This document shows positions 1-10,917 of a stretch of DNA of 64,000 bases, in pieces. Position numbers and translations under genes: made by a program. Below the pieces are notes generated by a model, which was not told where the DNA came from, did not search any database, and saw nothing but the letters and a program-made list of their open reading frames with translations. The stretch is taken from NCBI GenBank assembly GCA_050952625.1, contig JBMNLH010000004.1, positions 224,001-288,000 of the forward strand, given 5' to 3'. This DNA comes from Bacillota bacterium. GTDB taxonomy: Bacteria; Bacillota; Ch66; Ch109. Within the stretch, counting starts at the first letter, position 1. Every line of letters begins with the position of its first letter.

Positions 1-760
1 CTAATTTTTGACTGCCATCATTATAGAGATAGTCTATGTATCCCGAACCCTTTTGACTTAACATGGTCTGCAGGCCGGTTTTTAAGCTTTCGGTGGCTGT
101 CTCTAGATAATTATTGCCAACCATTTTTTCATCCGGGTGAGCAACCGCTGCGCCGGCATAGTCCAAGATTACTGCATAGCCAGAGTTACCGTATTTAGCA
201 TTTGCAATCATTTTCCTAAGGTATTCGGCTTTCACCGAAATCGCTAGCACCGATGGTCCCGTCGGAGTTGTTACCGGAACCGCCACGACAAAAATCTTAT
301 TGCCGGTTGATTTAGCAATCACCAGGTTTGAAACCCAGGTCTCTCCTTTAATCGCGTGCTGAAAGTAGTCTCGGTCCTTCAAGTTATTGCTAGTGCCCAG
401 GGAACTAAATTGTTGACCGGTCTCGTCAACCCAGAAAATCAATTCCGCTTCAGGCCAGGCATTTATTTCGCTCTTCATTAATTCCATAATCTGCTGACCA
501 TCGCCAGTTTGAATAATCGGGTTTTTTCCAAGATCATTTAGCTTGTCAATTTTTTCGTTTAACCAGGCATCAATAACCTCGGCCGTCATTTTGGAGGTTG
601 CTTCTAATCCGTCATTGATTTTGGCGGTCATCTGGTTATTGGCGTAGTAATAGTTTACAGCACTAACGACAATCAAGGGAACAATGGATAAAACAAGGAA
701 TAGAATGGGCAGTAATGTTTTAATTGTTCTAATACTAGTTGATTCGTCTGACAACTTCAT
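1..760 (-). CDS. Methyl-accepting chemotaxis/sensor protein with N-terminal TM and dCache-like domain (runs off window start)
   Basis: Manual translation MKLSDESTSIRTIKTLLPILFLVLSIVPLIVV...DRDYFQHAIKG...IAKSTGNKIFVVAVPV...GYAVILD...VAHPD. RBS AGGAGA upstream. Confidence 0.8.
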   Translation of the reverse strand, partial: MKLSDESTSIRTIKTLLPILFLVLSIVPLIVVSAVNYYYANNQMTAKINDGLEATSKMTAEVIDAWLNEKIDKLNDLGKNPIIQTGDGQQIMELMKSEINAWPEAELIFWVDETGQQFSSLGTSNNLKDRDYFQHAIKGETWVSNLVIAKSTGNKIFVVAVPVTTPTGPSVLAISVKAEYLRKMIANAKYGNSGYAVILDYAGAAVAHPDEKMVGNNYLETATESLKTGLQTMLSQKGSGYIDYLYNDGSQKL

Positions 761-1021
761 AGGTTTTCTCTCCTGATACATTAAAAATTGAATTATTGAT
801 TTTTATGTCCAAAAACTATAAGTAATTTTTAGATTTTAGTTTATTAATAACTGAGGCACCACACCCCTTTCGGTGGATTGGAAGGTTAATTTTAACAAAT
901 AAACTAAATAAATAATTTAGGAGTTTAGTCCTAAGTTTGTTAGGAATCTAGATTCGACATAAATAGGCAAAATCCTTTAATATATCCAAAATATCCGGGC
1001 TTTTTCAAAAGTTACCTTTAT

Positions 1022-1132
1022 CTGGATCAAAAGACCCCCACTTCTATAAATAGGGGTTGCCTTGTTTAAACTTCAGGTGGAGTAGAGTCTCCATCCGAAG
1101 CCTCGATGTTCAGCGAAGCTGAACGAGTTCAC
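1022..1132 (+). repeat. Repeat family A (IS200/IS605 right-end-like MITE), copy 1
   Basis: Near-identical to 33163-33275, 57819-57926, 58601-58719 and 25990-26066. Stacked hairpins ending GAGTTCAC. Confidence 0.8.
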
Positions 1133-1287
1133 TTTTCTGCTAAAAAGGGATCAAACCAGTTTGAATGAAGAAGATAGATAAGCGGATATCAACACTATAA
1201 TGCTTAAGTAGCCATACATTTGAGATTTTATCAGATTGCATCTAACCGATTAACGTGCTATAATAATGTGCGCATTATATCAGATGG

Positions 1288-1364
1288 GCGCCCGTAGCTC
1301 AGCAGGATAGAGCAGCGGTTTCCTAAACCGGAGGTCGGGGGTTCGAATCCCTCCGGGCGCGCCA
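1288..1364 (+). tRNA. tRNA-Arg(CCT)
   Basis: GCGCCCG/CGGGCGC acceptor stem, anticodon loop TTCCTAA, GTTCGAATC T-loop, CCA end. Confidence 0.97.
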
Positions 1365-1433
1365 TGCGAAAGTCTTGTCCCGCAAGCGTTTGCGGGATTT
1401 TTGTTTTTTAGCGTTTATCGCTAAATATGTGTT

Positions 1434-1455
1434 TTGGGAGCAAATTGGGAGCAAA
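1434..1455 (+). repeat. Tandem 11-bp repeat TTGGGAGCAAA, likely integrase arm-type sites
   Basis: Two exact adjacent copies between the tRNA 3' end and the integrase stop. Confidence 0.6.
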
Positions 1456-1525
1456 GATAATTAACGGGTATAAAAAAGACAGGTTTATGCCTGTCTTTCT
1501 GACGGCCTAGGTTAAACCTAGACCA

Positions 1526-2100
1526 TTCATCCTCCAATTTTTGTATCCTTTTGTATAAAACGCTGGTATACATTTTCTAGCTTGTCTGATATGGCTTTGT
1601 CGGCACTTTGCAGGTAATGGCTATAAATGGCTCCAGTAGTGGCTGGGTTAGCATGCCCCAGCCTGCCTGATATGTTTTTCAGCGGGATGTTCTGATTAAT
1701 TAGCATTGTGGCCGCGGTATGGCGAAGGCCATGAAAGGGCAGGGTGGTAGCTGGTGTTTTTTAATAAACTTATGGAACCATCGGGAAGGCCACTCTGGGT
1801 GTCCAGGCCTGCCGTCCCATGTGGTGAATAATCTATCTGATCCCTGCCACAAATCTCCGAGCTTAAGCCGGTCCTGAGCCTGCTGGGCCTTGTATTGTTT
1901 AATCATAGCCATGACAAAACCTGGGACTGATATAACCCTTTTCGACGTTTCGTTTTTGGGTTCCTTCGTAATAATGCCTACGCCAGTTATGTATTGGCTG
2001 GATCGCCTTACGCGAAGTAAGGAATTGTCGAGGTCCATATCCTGCCACTCGAGTCCCATTATTTCACCGCGGCGTAATCCAGTGAACAGCGCTAAAAAAT
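1526..2100 (-). pseudogene. Tyrosine recombinase/phage integrase, C-terminal remnant
   Basis: LALFTGLRRGEIMGLEW, then after a frameshift near 1742 FHGLRHTAATMLI...RLGHANPATTGAIYSH. N-terminal half missing; points toward the tRNA. Confidence 0.9.
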
Positions 2101-2291
2101 TGATGAATTAGTTGAAGAAAAGGCCATTACTGAACGCCCCAAAGAAGTGTTTATCGCAAAGCCTGTAATGAAATATATTCACCCTGAGTTTGCGGACCCC
2201 AAATATGAAACTTATCTTGGCGATTATCAGTACACGTTTGAACAATGGTTAAACGACCAGCTTAATTAATAATATTTAGGAGGTAATTGCC

Positions 2292-3155
2292 TTGGGTAAA
2301 AATCTTGCACTAAGACAAGAGCAAATTAATACTATTCTGATGGGAGTACATCTGACAAGAACTGCCGCCCCGGTGAGAACACAACAGATGAGATCTTCTG
2401 CTTTTGATTTTCGTGCGGTGGAGGGTAACGATAACCAGATCGAGTTGTCGTTCTCTTCTGAATTCCCTGTTAAAAGGTTGTTAGGGCTAGAGATCTTGCT
2501 CCACGAAGAAGGCGCGGTAGATTTTGGTAGGCTGTTGACTGCGGGGACTCTGTTGTTTAGTCATGGACAGGACCCCCAGTACGGCAAGATGCCGATCGGC
2601 AAAATTGAAAAAGCTTGGCTTGATATGGCCCAGCGCAAGGGCAAAGCCTTGATAACCTTTGATGACGACGAGGACAGCCAGAAGGTTAAGAAAAAAGTCT
2701 TGAACGGTTCTATTCGCGGTGTATCCTTCGGTTACCAGGTGGACAGCTGGGAGGAAGTTCTGCCTGGTAAGACATCCAGTAACGGCAGATTTACCGGTCC
2801 GGCATATATTGCTTTAAAATGGGCGCCAATCGAGATAAGTATTGAACCCGTGCCGGCTGATCCGACGGTGGGGGTTGGGAGGTCTGAGGAAGAATTATTC
2901 GGTCCTATGAACGCGCCGAGAAAAAGTGAAACAGTAGAGGATGCGGTCCAGGATGTAAGGCGAGAAATAAGTGAAATCATCAGGCTTTGTAATGATTTTA
3001 ATATTGATTATACAAAGTATCTTAATTCGTATTTTAATTCCGGTGCCACGTTTGAACAGGTAAGAACGGCCATCCTGGACAAGTTTAAGGCTGAAAGAGC
3101 CAACCCAAAGTCACTATTACTGCAGACGAGACTGATAAATTTAGGGCCGCTGTAA
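2292..3155 (+). CDS. HK97-type phage prohead protease (N-terminal part of a protease-capsid fusion)
   Basis: IELSFSSEFPV, LLFSH, IRGVSFGYQV, WAPIEISIEPVPADPTVGVGRS motifs. RBS AGGAGG. Confidence 0.85.
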   Translation: MGKNLALRQEQINTILMGVHLTRTAAPVRTQQMRSSAFDFRAVEGNDNQIELSFSSEFPVKRLLGLEILLHEEGAVDFGRLLTAGTLLFSHGQDPQYGKMPIGKIEKAWLDMAQRKGKALITFDDDEDSQKVKKKVLNGSIRGVSFGYQVDSWEEVLPGKTSSNGRFTGPAYIALKWAPIEISIEPVPADPTVGVGRSEEELFGPMNAPRKSETVEDAVQDVRREISEIIRLCNDFNIDYTKYLNSYFNSGATFEQVRTAILDKFKAERANPKSLLLQTRLINLGPL

Positions 3156-3158
3156 TGG

Positions 3159-4196
3159 ATGCTATCCTATACCGCGGCGGTATTAGCGTCCAGGAATCCT
3201 GCCAGTGGGTATAGAGACCTTCTGGGGATGCACTTAACCGCTCTGGCATCAGAATGCGTTATGAGGAAAGGCATCTATAACCCGCAGAGGCTTGACGAGG
3301 ATACCCTATTGAGAGAAGCATTTTCGCCAGATAGTCAATTTGCCGGCATTTTAAGTGATGTCGCCAACAAGGCCATGGGCGTATCATATAAAGCCGCAGG
3401 AACAACATTCCAGCGGTGGACCAGCCGGGGCAGCAATCCTGATTTTAAGGCCGTCACACATTACCAAATCAGCGAAGCGGGGGACCTGCTGCCGATAACC
3501 CAGTCCGGTGAGTTTGAGTTTGATGAGATGACCGATCAGGGGGTAAGGAAGTCCGTCGCCACTTTTGGCCGCTCCTGGGGCTTAACCAGGCAGGCGATCA
3601 TTAATAATGACATTGGAGTATTAACAAAGATACCTGCAGCATATGCCAGGGCGGCGGCTAGGGGCATTAACCGTCTGGTCTATATGCAGCTGGGGCAGAA
3701 TCCGATAATTTATGACGGCATTCCTCTATTTAACGCTGCTCATGGGAATATAGCTGCTGTCGGCGGGATTATTAACATTCAGAACGTCGGCGCCGGTCGG
3801 GCCGCAATGCGGCAGCAAAGAGGGCTGCGCGGGGTAGAGACATTAAATATTGAGCCCAGATATTTAATTGTGCCAGCGTCACTTGAAACGGAGGCGCAGC
3901 AGTTTATATCAAAAGGCTATATTCCCACCACTCAAGGCGCCATCAACCCGTTAGCAGAAAAAATGGAAGTTGTTGTGGATGCTGAATTGGATCCGTACAG
4001 CCCTTTCGCCTGGTACCTTGCGGCGGATCCTCAAGTTGTGGAAACTATCGAGGTTACTTACCTGAACGAAAAAGACAGACCTACAATTGAAAGCCATGTT
4101 GACTTTGATTACTTGGGCGTTAAATGGCGGATATATATTGATTATGGCGTAACCGTACTTGATTATCGCGGATTATACATGAATGCGGGGATATAA
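3159..4196 (+). CDS. Phage major capsid protein (Mu gpT-like/HK97 fold), C-terminal part of the fusion
   Basis: TFGRSWGLTRQAIINND, LFNAAHGN, LNIEPRYLIVP, IEVTYLN, DYGVTVLDYRGLY. An alternate frame at 3107-3190 (KVTITADETDKFRAAVMDAILYRGG) bridges it to the upstream ORF. Confidence 0.85.
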   Translation: MLSYTAAVLASRNPASGYRDLLGMHLTALASECVMRKGIYNPQRLDEDTLLREAFSPDSQFAGILSDVANKAMGVSYKAAGTTFQRWTSRGSNPDFKAVTHYQISEAGDLLPITQSGEFEFDEMTDQGVRKSVATFGRSWGLTRQAIINNDIGVLTKIPAAYARAAARGINRLVYMQLGQNPIIYDGIPLFNAAHGNIAAVGGIINIQNVGAGRAAMRQQRGLRGVETLNIEPRYLIVPASLETEAQQFISKGYIPTTQGAINPLAEKMEVVVDAELDPYSPFAWYLAADPQVVETIEVTYLNEKDRPTIESHVDFDYLGVKWRIYIDYGVTVLDYRGLYMNAGI

Positions 4197-4984
4197 TTAT
4201 GCAAACTTTACAACAACTATTTGAAAAAATCGGTGGCTCATTAAAAATAATATTATTGCTGAATTTAATTTTATTTTTGATACATTAATTTCAAAGGAAA
4301 GAGAAAGACAATTAGATAATCGGGATTCAAAATGCTGGGATGTAATTAAGATTCTACTAGAGATTCTACTAGCAGTGCTGGTGGGATTCATAATAGGTAA
4401 AAATTGTGGATAGGGGCCTTCGAGCTCTTTTTTGCAGGAAAATTCCTCCTTTTGCCGAATTATGTCGGTGAAAGGGGGTTATTTAATTGGATGCGGTTGC
4501 AGTTACAAGTAAAATAATAGCTTGGAAGTTGCTGGCATGGTGGGCAATACCGTCATTTATATCATGTTTTATAGTTAGCAGAGTGTTGCCAAAGGTGATG
4601 CATGGGTTAGGTTTTGGTGTTGTAAGGTGTAATCACATTAGCCGAGGTTTTAAACCGCCTTAAAATCGCTTCTAAGGGTTCCCTTCATTTTGAAGGGGAT
4701 CAGTGCTAGATGGTACGACGGGGGGCTTTTTTTCTTTTAGGAAAATGCCTAACAAATATAAGGGTGCGTACAAAGTACCGACCCCTGGTGGAGACCAAAA
4801 GTGATTATCCTATTTCTGAGCTACTCACATAAAAAGAAAGAACCGGTCTAAGTAGTTTAATATGGGGTTCATACTATGAACGTCATCGACCATTTAGACA
4901 GAGTTAATCTACTTTTGTATCCCATGTTCATCATGTCGCCCTAAACCTTTTTGATTTATAACAAAAGGAAACTATTTCCACAAA

Positions 4985-6557
4985 TTATGCGTTTAGTGAT
5001 ATCGGTTTGAGATAGATTTCTTCCGGGTTAAACCCGGCCCAACGGACCATATTTAAAGCTTGACGGTTAACATTATCCGGAAAATATCTCTGACCCTGAA
5101 TACTTACTGTTTGAATAGTACCCAATACTTCCAGTATAGTTTGCACTGAAGGTCTGTCTGTACTTTTGTTTCCCGGTAATTTCACTGCTTCTCCTCGTTC
5201 CTTTAGGGCCTTGCGAACTCGGTACTCCAGGTAGGAAGCCAGCAGTAAGACCAGGATAAACACGTAGCCTAGCGCATAAATTCGCTTCGGGTTTTCCAAG
5301 TATACTGGGCCTAAATATACGCGGTTTTTGAGGAATCGAAACTTGGTTTCAATTGAGATCTGCCGTTTATACTCTAATAAAATCCCTTGATCATCGTATT
5401 TTTGACGATCTTTCACATTGGCGATCAGCACGAAGGTAGATTCCATTTGGAGCAGGTACTGGTAAACCTCTGGTTTTATATCGCCAACACTGACTTCAGC
5501 GTGATATGTCGTGGTAATCGTCGGTTCTTCTCCATTGCGGGGTTTTCCTCGGTGACCGTAAGACTTTTTGACGCAGATCTGAACCGTTCCTTGAACCTCA
5601 AAGCCTTTTCGCTGGCATTCTTGAAGGAAGACATCTAAAGCAGCCTGGGCATCAGGTTCACAGGCAAAAGCCTTAGTTTTTAAGCCTTTACTCTGTTTAA
5701 TTAACTCCTCTTTTTGCTTCCCGATCCGTTTTTGTAAGGTCTTTTCTTTCTGGGCTTCCAGGGAAGAGGAGTGAACTACCACAAAATCATAAGTGTGTCC
5801 TTCCAGTTCATGATGGACCAAATAGGTTCGGTAGTGAGAAGCCTTTTTCGAGTTGGTTTCACTGACTATCCCAATGTCATGCCAGGAGTTTTCGGCCCAG
5901 GCCAGTGTTTTTAGTTCTTTCGCCAGGTTATAGGTTTCCGGCAGTCGAGAGATAAACTGAACGTGCTGCTTGGTCAGATTGGCTAAAGATTCGTTAGAGA
6001 TCAGGGCACAGTCACCAACAAAAACGACATCCCGATAACCTTGGGTATCAAAGAACTCTTTCATTTTCAAGGCTGCTTCCGGGTTCCATTTGTTATCAGA
6101 TTTGTTCCCAGAGAGCATTTCACCCATGACTACTTGGCCGTTTTGTTGCACTGCAGCCCCAATTTTGAATTGTTTAAGGTCCGGGCGCAGATCCTTACTG
6201 TGGCCTCTATTAATCGTAAAATCGTTGTATGGCTCTACATCATAGATTCCTTCGACCGATATGGAAGTAGTATCTAGATGAACCGTGGAGATATCTAAAT
6301 TGTGAATATCAAGCATCACCAAGGATACCAAACTGATCAGTTTGTTCAAATCAACTTCAGCTAGTTTATCTAAGGCCCGGCCGTAGGCATGTTCGTTAAG
6401 CTGATCAATTGATAATTCCACATCGGGAAACAGGTTAGATAAATCCTGCTCAGCCCAAAATTGATGCACTTTCCATAAAGGCATCCGGCCGCAGAAGATA
6501 CTAATAATGAGGGTTTCGATCAGGAGACCCGGAGAGATTTTAGAATTATCTTCTCTC
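4985..6557 (-). pseudogene. IS1634-family DDE transposase, 5' end replaced by IS110
   Basis: HLDTTSISVEG, GHSKDLRPDLKQ, VGDCAL, IETKFRFLK motifs. The first ~64 aa of the ORF track entry come from the IS110 end. Confidence 0.88.
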
Positions 6558-8216
6558 CATAATAACCTCCATCTCGCTGCAAGGGCAGCGATACAAATAG
6601 TAATGAAAACGGGGGCGCAAATTACCCCGGATTTCGGTAGAATGGGTCTGAGGAGAAGGCAAACTACAAAGCACGGTGAGGTAAGTAGTAGACCGCTCAT
6701 ATTTGACCCAAAACCGTATAATAACCAGTGTAAGGACTGCCTTCCAAGCACAAATGAGTGGTTCTTCGAGACCGTACGCTAATCATTGTTTTAACTCCTT
6801 GTTAAATGTGCGGCAGCCCAGTCACTGCCTTCTCCACACCATTTTTAAGAGGAGGCAGTAGCTTGAAAGTCGTTTACCCAATTTGCTGTGGCGTAGATGT
6901 CCACAAAAAATTTTTCGTTGCCACCATCATCACATCTAAGGGGATTACCCCTCACTACCAGAAGAAACGCTTCTCCACCTTCAACAATTCCATCCTACAA
7001 TTTAAACGCTGGTTGTTGGATAACAATTGTAGAGACGTCTGTATGGAATCTACCGGGAAGTATTGGGTTCCCGTGTTCAATTTATTGGAGGATTCCATCA
7101 ACGTCACCGTTGCCAATCCCAAATGGGTCAAGGCCGTTAAAGGCAACAAGGACGACACCAAAGATTCTAAATGGATCGGCGACCTGTTTCGTCTGGGCCT
7201 TGTACCAGGCAGTTTTATCCCCAATAAATCGATTCGAATTCTGCGCGAGTATACTCGCTACCGGTTTAAACTGATATCTTGTAAATCCAGTGAGAAGAAT
7301 CGTTTCCAAAATGCTTTCACGGTCTGCAATGTAGCCCTTGATGCTGTCGTTTCGGACATGTTTGGCAAATCTGCCTCATCCATCACCGACTACCTTGTAA
7401 ATTCAGATTCTTTTGATCCGCAACACTGCGTATCCCTTCTGAAAAAGTCCCTTAAGAAAAAGGCTGATATAGTAATTGAATCCATTGAGGGATATCAAAT
7501 GATGCCCGAGCAAAAGTTCCGCGTCCGCATGATTCGCAATCACCTGGAATTTATCGAGAAATCTATCAATAAACTGGACGATATGCTTAATATTTTGGCC
7601 TCGCCCTATGAAAGCGCGCTTCAACTTCTTTGTACCATTCCCGGAGTTGACCGCACTTCTGCTATCACGGTCATCTCCGAGATAGGTACTGACATGTCTC
7701 ATTTCTCGTCCTCAAAGAGGCTTTGCTGCTGGGCGGGTCTAACGCCTGGCAACAATGAATCTGCCGGCAAGAAAAAGTCGGTCCGCATCACAAGAGCCGG
7801 GGTTTATCTTAAGCCTGCTCTGGTTCAAGTCGCTCACGCCGCGGTAAAATCCAAGGACAGTCCTTATTACCGTATCAAGTATGAGCGCATTTCCAAGAGA
7901 AGAGGCAAGAAACGAGCCATTATCGCTATCGCCAGGATGATTCTCTCCGCCATTTATCATATGCTTTCGACCGGCGAGATCTTCAATCCATGTGACCTCT
8001 ACAAGGTTGATATGCCTCTGGAACTATGTGATAAACAGAAGGAGAAAGCTTTAAAAAAGGCTGCTAAGCTTCTGATTGCGCAAGGGCTTATTCAGGAAAC
8101 TGACATACCAGGCTTATTGCAACCAGCTTAAATTTTTACTTATAATTCAAGGGGGAAGTGTGCCCTTTTTTAGCTCCCGTCCTTATTGTCCGGTGTTATT
8201 GTTGTTTTCACGCTAA
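6558..8216 (+). mobile_element. IS110-family element (family 1, copy 1)
   Basis: Ends defined by identity with the inverted copy 16336-17996 (CATAATAACC...TTTCACGCTAA). No terminal inverted repeats; ~300-bp upstream non-coding end. Confidence 0.92.
6863..8131 (+). CDS. IS110 DEDD recombinase/transposase
   Basis: CGVDVHK, MESTGKYW, TIPGV, WAGLTP-NESAGK, AIIAIAR. RBS AGGAGG before TTG 6863. Confidence 0.95.
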   Translation: MKVVYPICCGVDVHKKFFVATIITSKGITPHYQKKRFSTFNNSILQFKRWLLDNNCRDVCMESTGKYWVPVFNLLEDSINVTVANPKWVKAVKGNKDDTKDSKWIGDLFRLGLVPGSFIPNKSIRILREYTRYRFKLISCKSSEKNRFQNAFTVCNVALDAVVSDMFGKSASSITDYLVNSDSFDPQHCVSLLKKSLKKKADIVIESIEGYQMMPEQKFRVRMIRNHLEFIEKSINKLDDMLNILASPYESALQLLCTIPGVDRTSAITVISEIGTDMSHFSSSKRLCCWAGLTPGNNESAGKKKSVRITRAGVYLKPALVQVAHAAVKSKDSPYYRIKYERISKRRGKKRAIIAIARMILSAIYHMLSTGEIFNPCDLYKVDMPLELCDKQKEKALKKAAKLLIAQGLIQETDIPGLLQPA

Positions 8217-9015
8217 AAACTTTACCCTAATTGAAGATGATATTCGAAACTTGGAAGCCTGCCTGGTAGCTTGCGAAGGGGTAGATTATGTCCTCCATCA
8301 AGCAGCCTGGGGGTCGGTACCCAGAAGCATTGAAATGCCCTTATTATATGAAGAAATAAATATCAGGGGCACCCTAAATTTGATGGAGGCTGCAAGACAG
8401 CAGGGAGTCAAGAAATTTGTTTATGCATCCAGCTCATCGGTATATGGAGATCATCCCGTACTTCCCAAGAAAGAGGGCCAGGAAGGTGAATTGCTTTCTC
8501 CTTATGCTTTGACCAAGCGCGTTGATGAGGAGTACGGTAGGCTATATAAGGAATTATATGGACTGGATACCTATGGCTTAAGATATTTTAATGTGTTTGG
8601 CAGGAGACAGGATCCGGATGGGGCTTATGCGGCTGTGATACCTAAGTTCATTAAGCAGCTTCTGAATGACGAGCAACCTACTATCAATGGGGATGGAAAA
8701 CAGTCGAGAGACTTTACATATATAGAGAACGTAATTGAAGCTAATCTTAAGGCCTGTTTAGCATCAAGTGAGGTGGCAGGCCAGGCGTTTAATATTGCTT
8801 ACGGAGGCAGAGAATACTTAATTGACATCTACTATGAACTGTGCAAGGCATTGGGGAAAGATATCGAACCGATTTTTGGTCCGGACAGGCCTGGGGATAT
8901 CAAGCATAGTAATGCCGATATCAGTAAGGCCAGAGAACTACTGGGGTATGAACCGGAATGGAGCTTTGAACGGGGGATAAAGACTGCCATTGAATGGTAC
9001 CGGGAGAATTTGTAA
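8217..9015 (+). pseudogene. NAD-dependent nucleotide-sugar epimerase (WbpP-like), 5'-truncated by IS110
   Basis: HQAAWGSVPRS, YASSSSVYG, SPYALTK, LRYFNVFG, RDFTY. The GxxGxxG Rossmann motif is absent. Confidence 0.9.
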
Positions 9016-9055
9016 AAGAGTCGATAGGGCTAGCAAACCATTTTAGAAATAACGG

Positions 9056-10108
9056 TTGAGAAATACGAAAGGTCGCCAGGTTATGCTTAGATTTAAAAAT
9101 ATAATTTTTAGCGTTGGTTTTCTATTTCGACCGATGACTCCAGTGGCAGTTAGTTTTGCATTTTTAGTTTCAACCTGCGTCCTGCTCGTTGTTATTATTT
9201 TAAACCTAAATGAGAGCACTAAAGTATATCAGGTGCTATTGTCGATTTTGACTGGCGTCACAGCATCTCTTTTAATTGCAATAATGATGGAATTATTTAA
9301 TAACTATCGTTTCAATACTAAGAGACAACGTGAATTACGAGAATACTTCCGGCAAGTGGCTAGTTATGAACTTAATCAAAGTTCAATTATAGAAACGAAT
9401 GCTAAGGATAAGTATGATTCTGTGTTGGGAAGTGGGCGATCATACGCTGTTTTCAGTCAGTTAAAAGATATTATTCCTAATCTTAGAGAAGTGCTGAATC
9501 ATAGGGACTATTTATATCGGCTTGAAATTGAAGAGATAGATGATATTCTGTCCGATTACGAGGACTTAGTTAAAATAATATGGATTGGCGTACTTAGTAC
9601 ATATATGGGATTTATTAGTGGAGAAACGAATGAAGCTGCAACTCATGATGATAAATTAAATGCTGATCATGAACATATGGACTTAGAAGGAGATGGAGCA
9701 GATGCCTATGAATCCATCGATGAATCAATTATGGATTACCCGGAGCTGTTCAATTTTCTAAAAAAAGAGGCAATGCATTATGTTGAAAAGAAATATGAGC
9801 CAAATTTCTATGATGATGGCCCTAAACACTTGGAATCTGTAATAGAGAAAGCCATTTTTTACGGGCGTTGTATCTTTAATGGTTACTTTGAGGTGACAGA
9901 TGCTCGATGTGAATTTGCCAAGTCAATGGACGATGAAGAAGATTTGGATAGCAAAGCACCATTGAAGAATAGAAAATTTGAGTTTCGTTCTAATATGATT
10001 AGTCACGCCTGTGGCAATATTGATAAAGCCATGAGAAAGCTCCATAGAAGAGTTGCAAAAGAGCCTTATTTTTGGGTAATGGCAAGCTACAATAGGCGAA
10101 ATATTTAA
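9056..10108 (+). CDS. Hypothetical protein with two N-terminal TM helices and an acidic soluble domain
   Basis: 350-aa AT-rich ORF with hydrophobic segments near the N-terminus. Confidence 0.75.
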   Translation: MRNTKGRQVMLRFKNIIFSVGFLFRPMTPVAVSFAFLVSTCVLLVVIILNLNESTKVYQVLLSILTGVTASLLIAIMMELFNNYRFNTKRQRELREYFRQVASYELNQSSIIETNAKDKYDSVLGSGRSYAVFSQLKDIIPNLREVLNHRDYLYRLEIEEIDDILSDYEDLVKIIWIGVLSTYMGFISGETNEAATHDDKLNADHEHMDLEGDGADAYESIDESIMDYPELFNFLKKEAMHYVEKKYEPNFYDDGPKHLESVIEKAIFYGRCIFNGYFEVTDARCEFAKSMDDEEDLDSKAPLKNRKFEFRSNMISHACGNIDKAMRKLHRRVAKEPYFWVMASYNRRNI

Positions 10109-10132
10109 ATGGAAATGGAGGTGCCGCACGAA

Positions 10133-10269
10133 TTCAAGCGGGGACGGTTCTTGACTTGAATTGTCTGCGAAAAATGTTTATAATGTTTGTTTTTTGAATA
10201 GCCTGCCAAGGGAGCAGCCCTGGCAGGTTCTTTGTTTGCAATTCAAGTCAAGAACCGTCCCCACTTGAA
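10133..10269. repeat. REP-like doublet with 31-bp terminal inverted repeats (GGGACGGTTCTTGACTTGAA family)
   Basis: TTCAAGCGGGGACGGTTCTTGACTTGAATTG ... CAATTCAAGTCAAGAACCGTCCCCACTTGAA, with an internal CCTGCC/GGCAGG hairpin. Confidence 0.85.
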
Positions 10270-10344
10270 CGGGCCAATTTTGTAACCATTTACCATTTAA
10301 TTGCATATCATAGTTATATATTACTTAGAAAGGAGGGATTTTAA

Positions 10345-10797
10345 GTGTTAAGAAAATTAAAACTTTTATCAGTTTTCGTAGTCGCTCTGATGTTGATACT
10401 TGCACCGGCTTCAGTAACATGGGCTCAAGACGAACCGGCACAGAACTCCTATGAAGGAGAAGGTTTCCACTTTATATCCGGTGAAAGTTTCCCCACCGAT
10501 ATTCAGGTTGCCGGCTACGATCAAAAGAACCGAACTTACTATCTAAACTACACCCTTCATACCACAAAAGTTGTTAATCCTGGAAGCACCGCTACTTTTA
10601 ATTACGTAATTGAGGTATTTGATGACAATGGTGCTACAATAGGTAGTTTGGGTTCTTTTGAGGAACCTCAACAAGTTGTGGGGGAAGACGGTTCCACAGA
10701 TGCGGTGGTGGAAAATAGTGACATCACCATCGATGAACCAGGGCTTCCGGCCGCTTACCGGGTTGTAGTTACGATTACTGACACACAAGTGAATTAA
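10345..10797 (+). CDS. Secreted hypothetical protein (signal peptide, beta-rich domain)
   Basis: RBS AGGAGG, signal peptide ending VTWA, terminator downstream. Confidence 0.85.
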   Translation: MLRKLKLLSVFVVALMLILAPASVTWAQDEPAQNSYEGEGFHFISGESFPTDIQVAGYDQKNRTYYLNYTLHTTKVVNPGSTATFNYVIEVFDDNGATIGSLGSFEEPQQVVGEDGSTDAVVENSDITIDEPGLPAAYRVVVTITDTQVN

Positions 10798-10802
10798 TTA
10801 TT

Positions 10803-10843
10803 AAAAATACTGGGTGGGTTTTACCCTTTACCCAGTATTTTTT
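10803..10843 (+). terminator. Rho-independent terminator
   Basis: AAAATACTGGGT...ACCCAGTATTTT plus T-tract. Confidence 0.75.
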
Positions 10844-10917
10844 TCAGTTTTCCGGTAGCACCAAACCAGCAAAATCATATGATGGTTTTGAGAAGTGATT
10901 ATAAGGTGGAGATCAGG

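Noticed and set aside
4199-4413. Possible small holin/XhlA-like gene after the capsid gene
   Set aside because: Needs a frameshift and has only a C-terminal hydrophobic stretch; too weak to call
6507-6862. ORFs in the IS110 left ends (6507, 6806 extension, 17748, 17767) and 48106-48297
   Set aside because: They lie in non-coding IS ends or repeats and have no protein motifs
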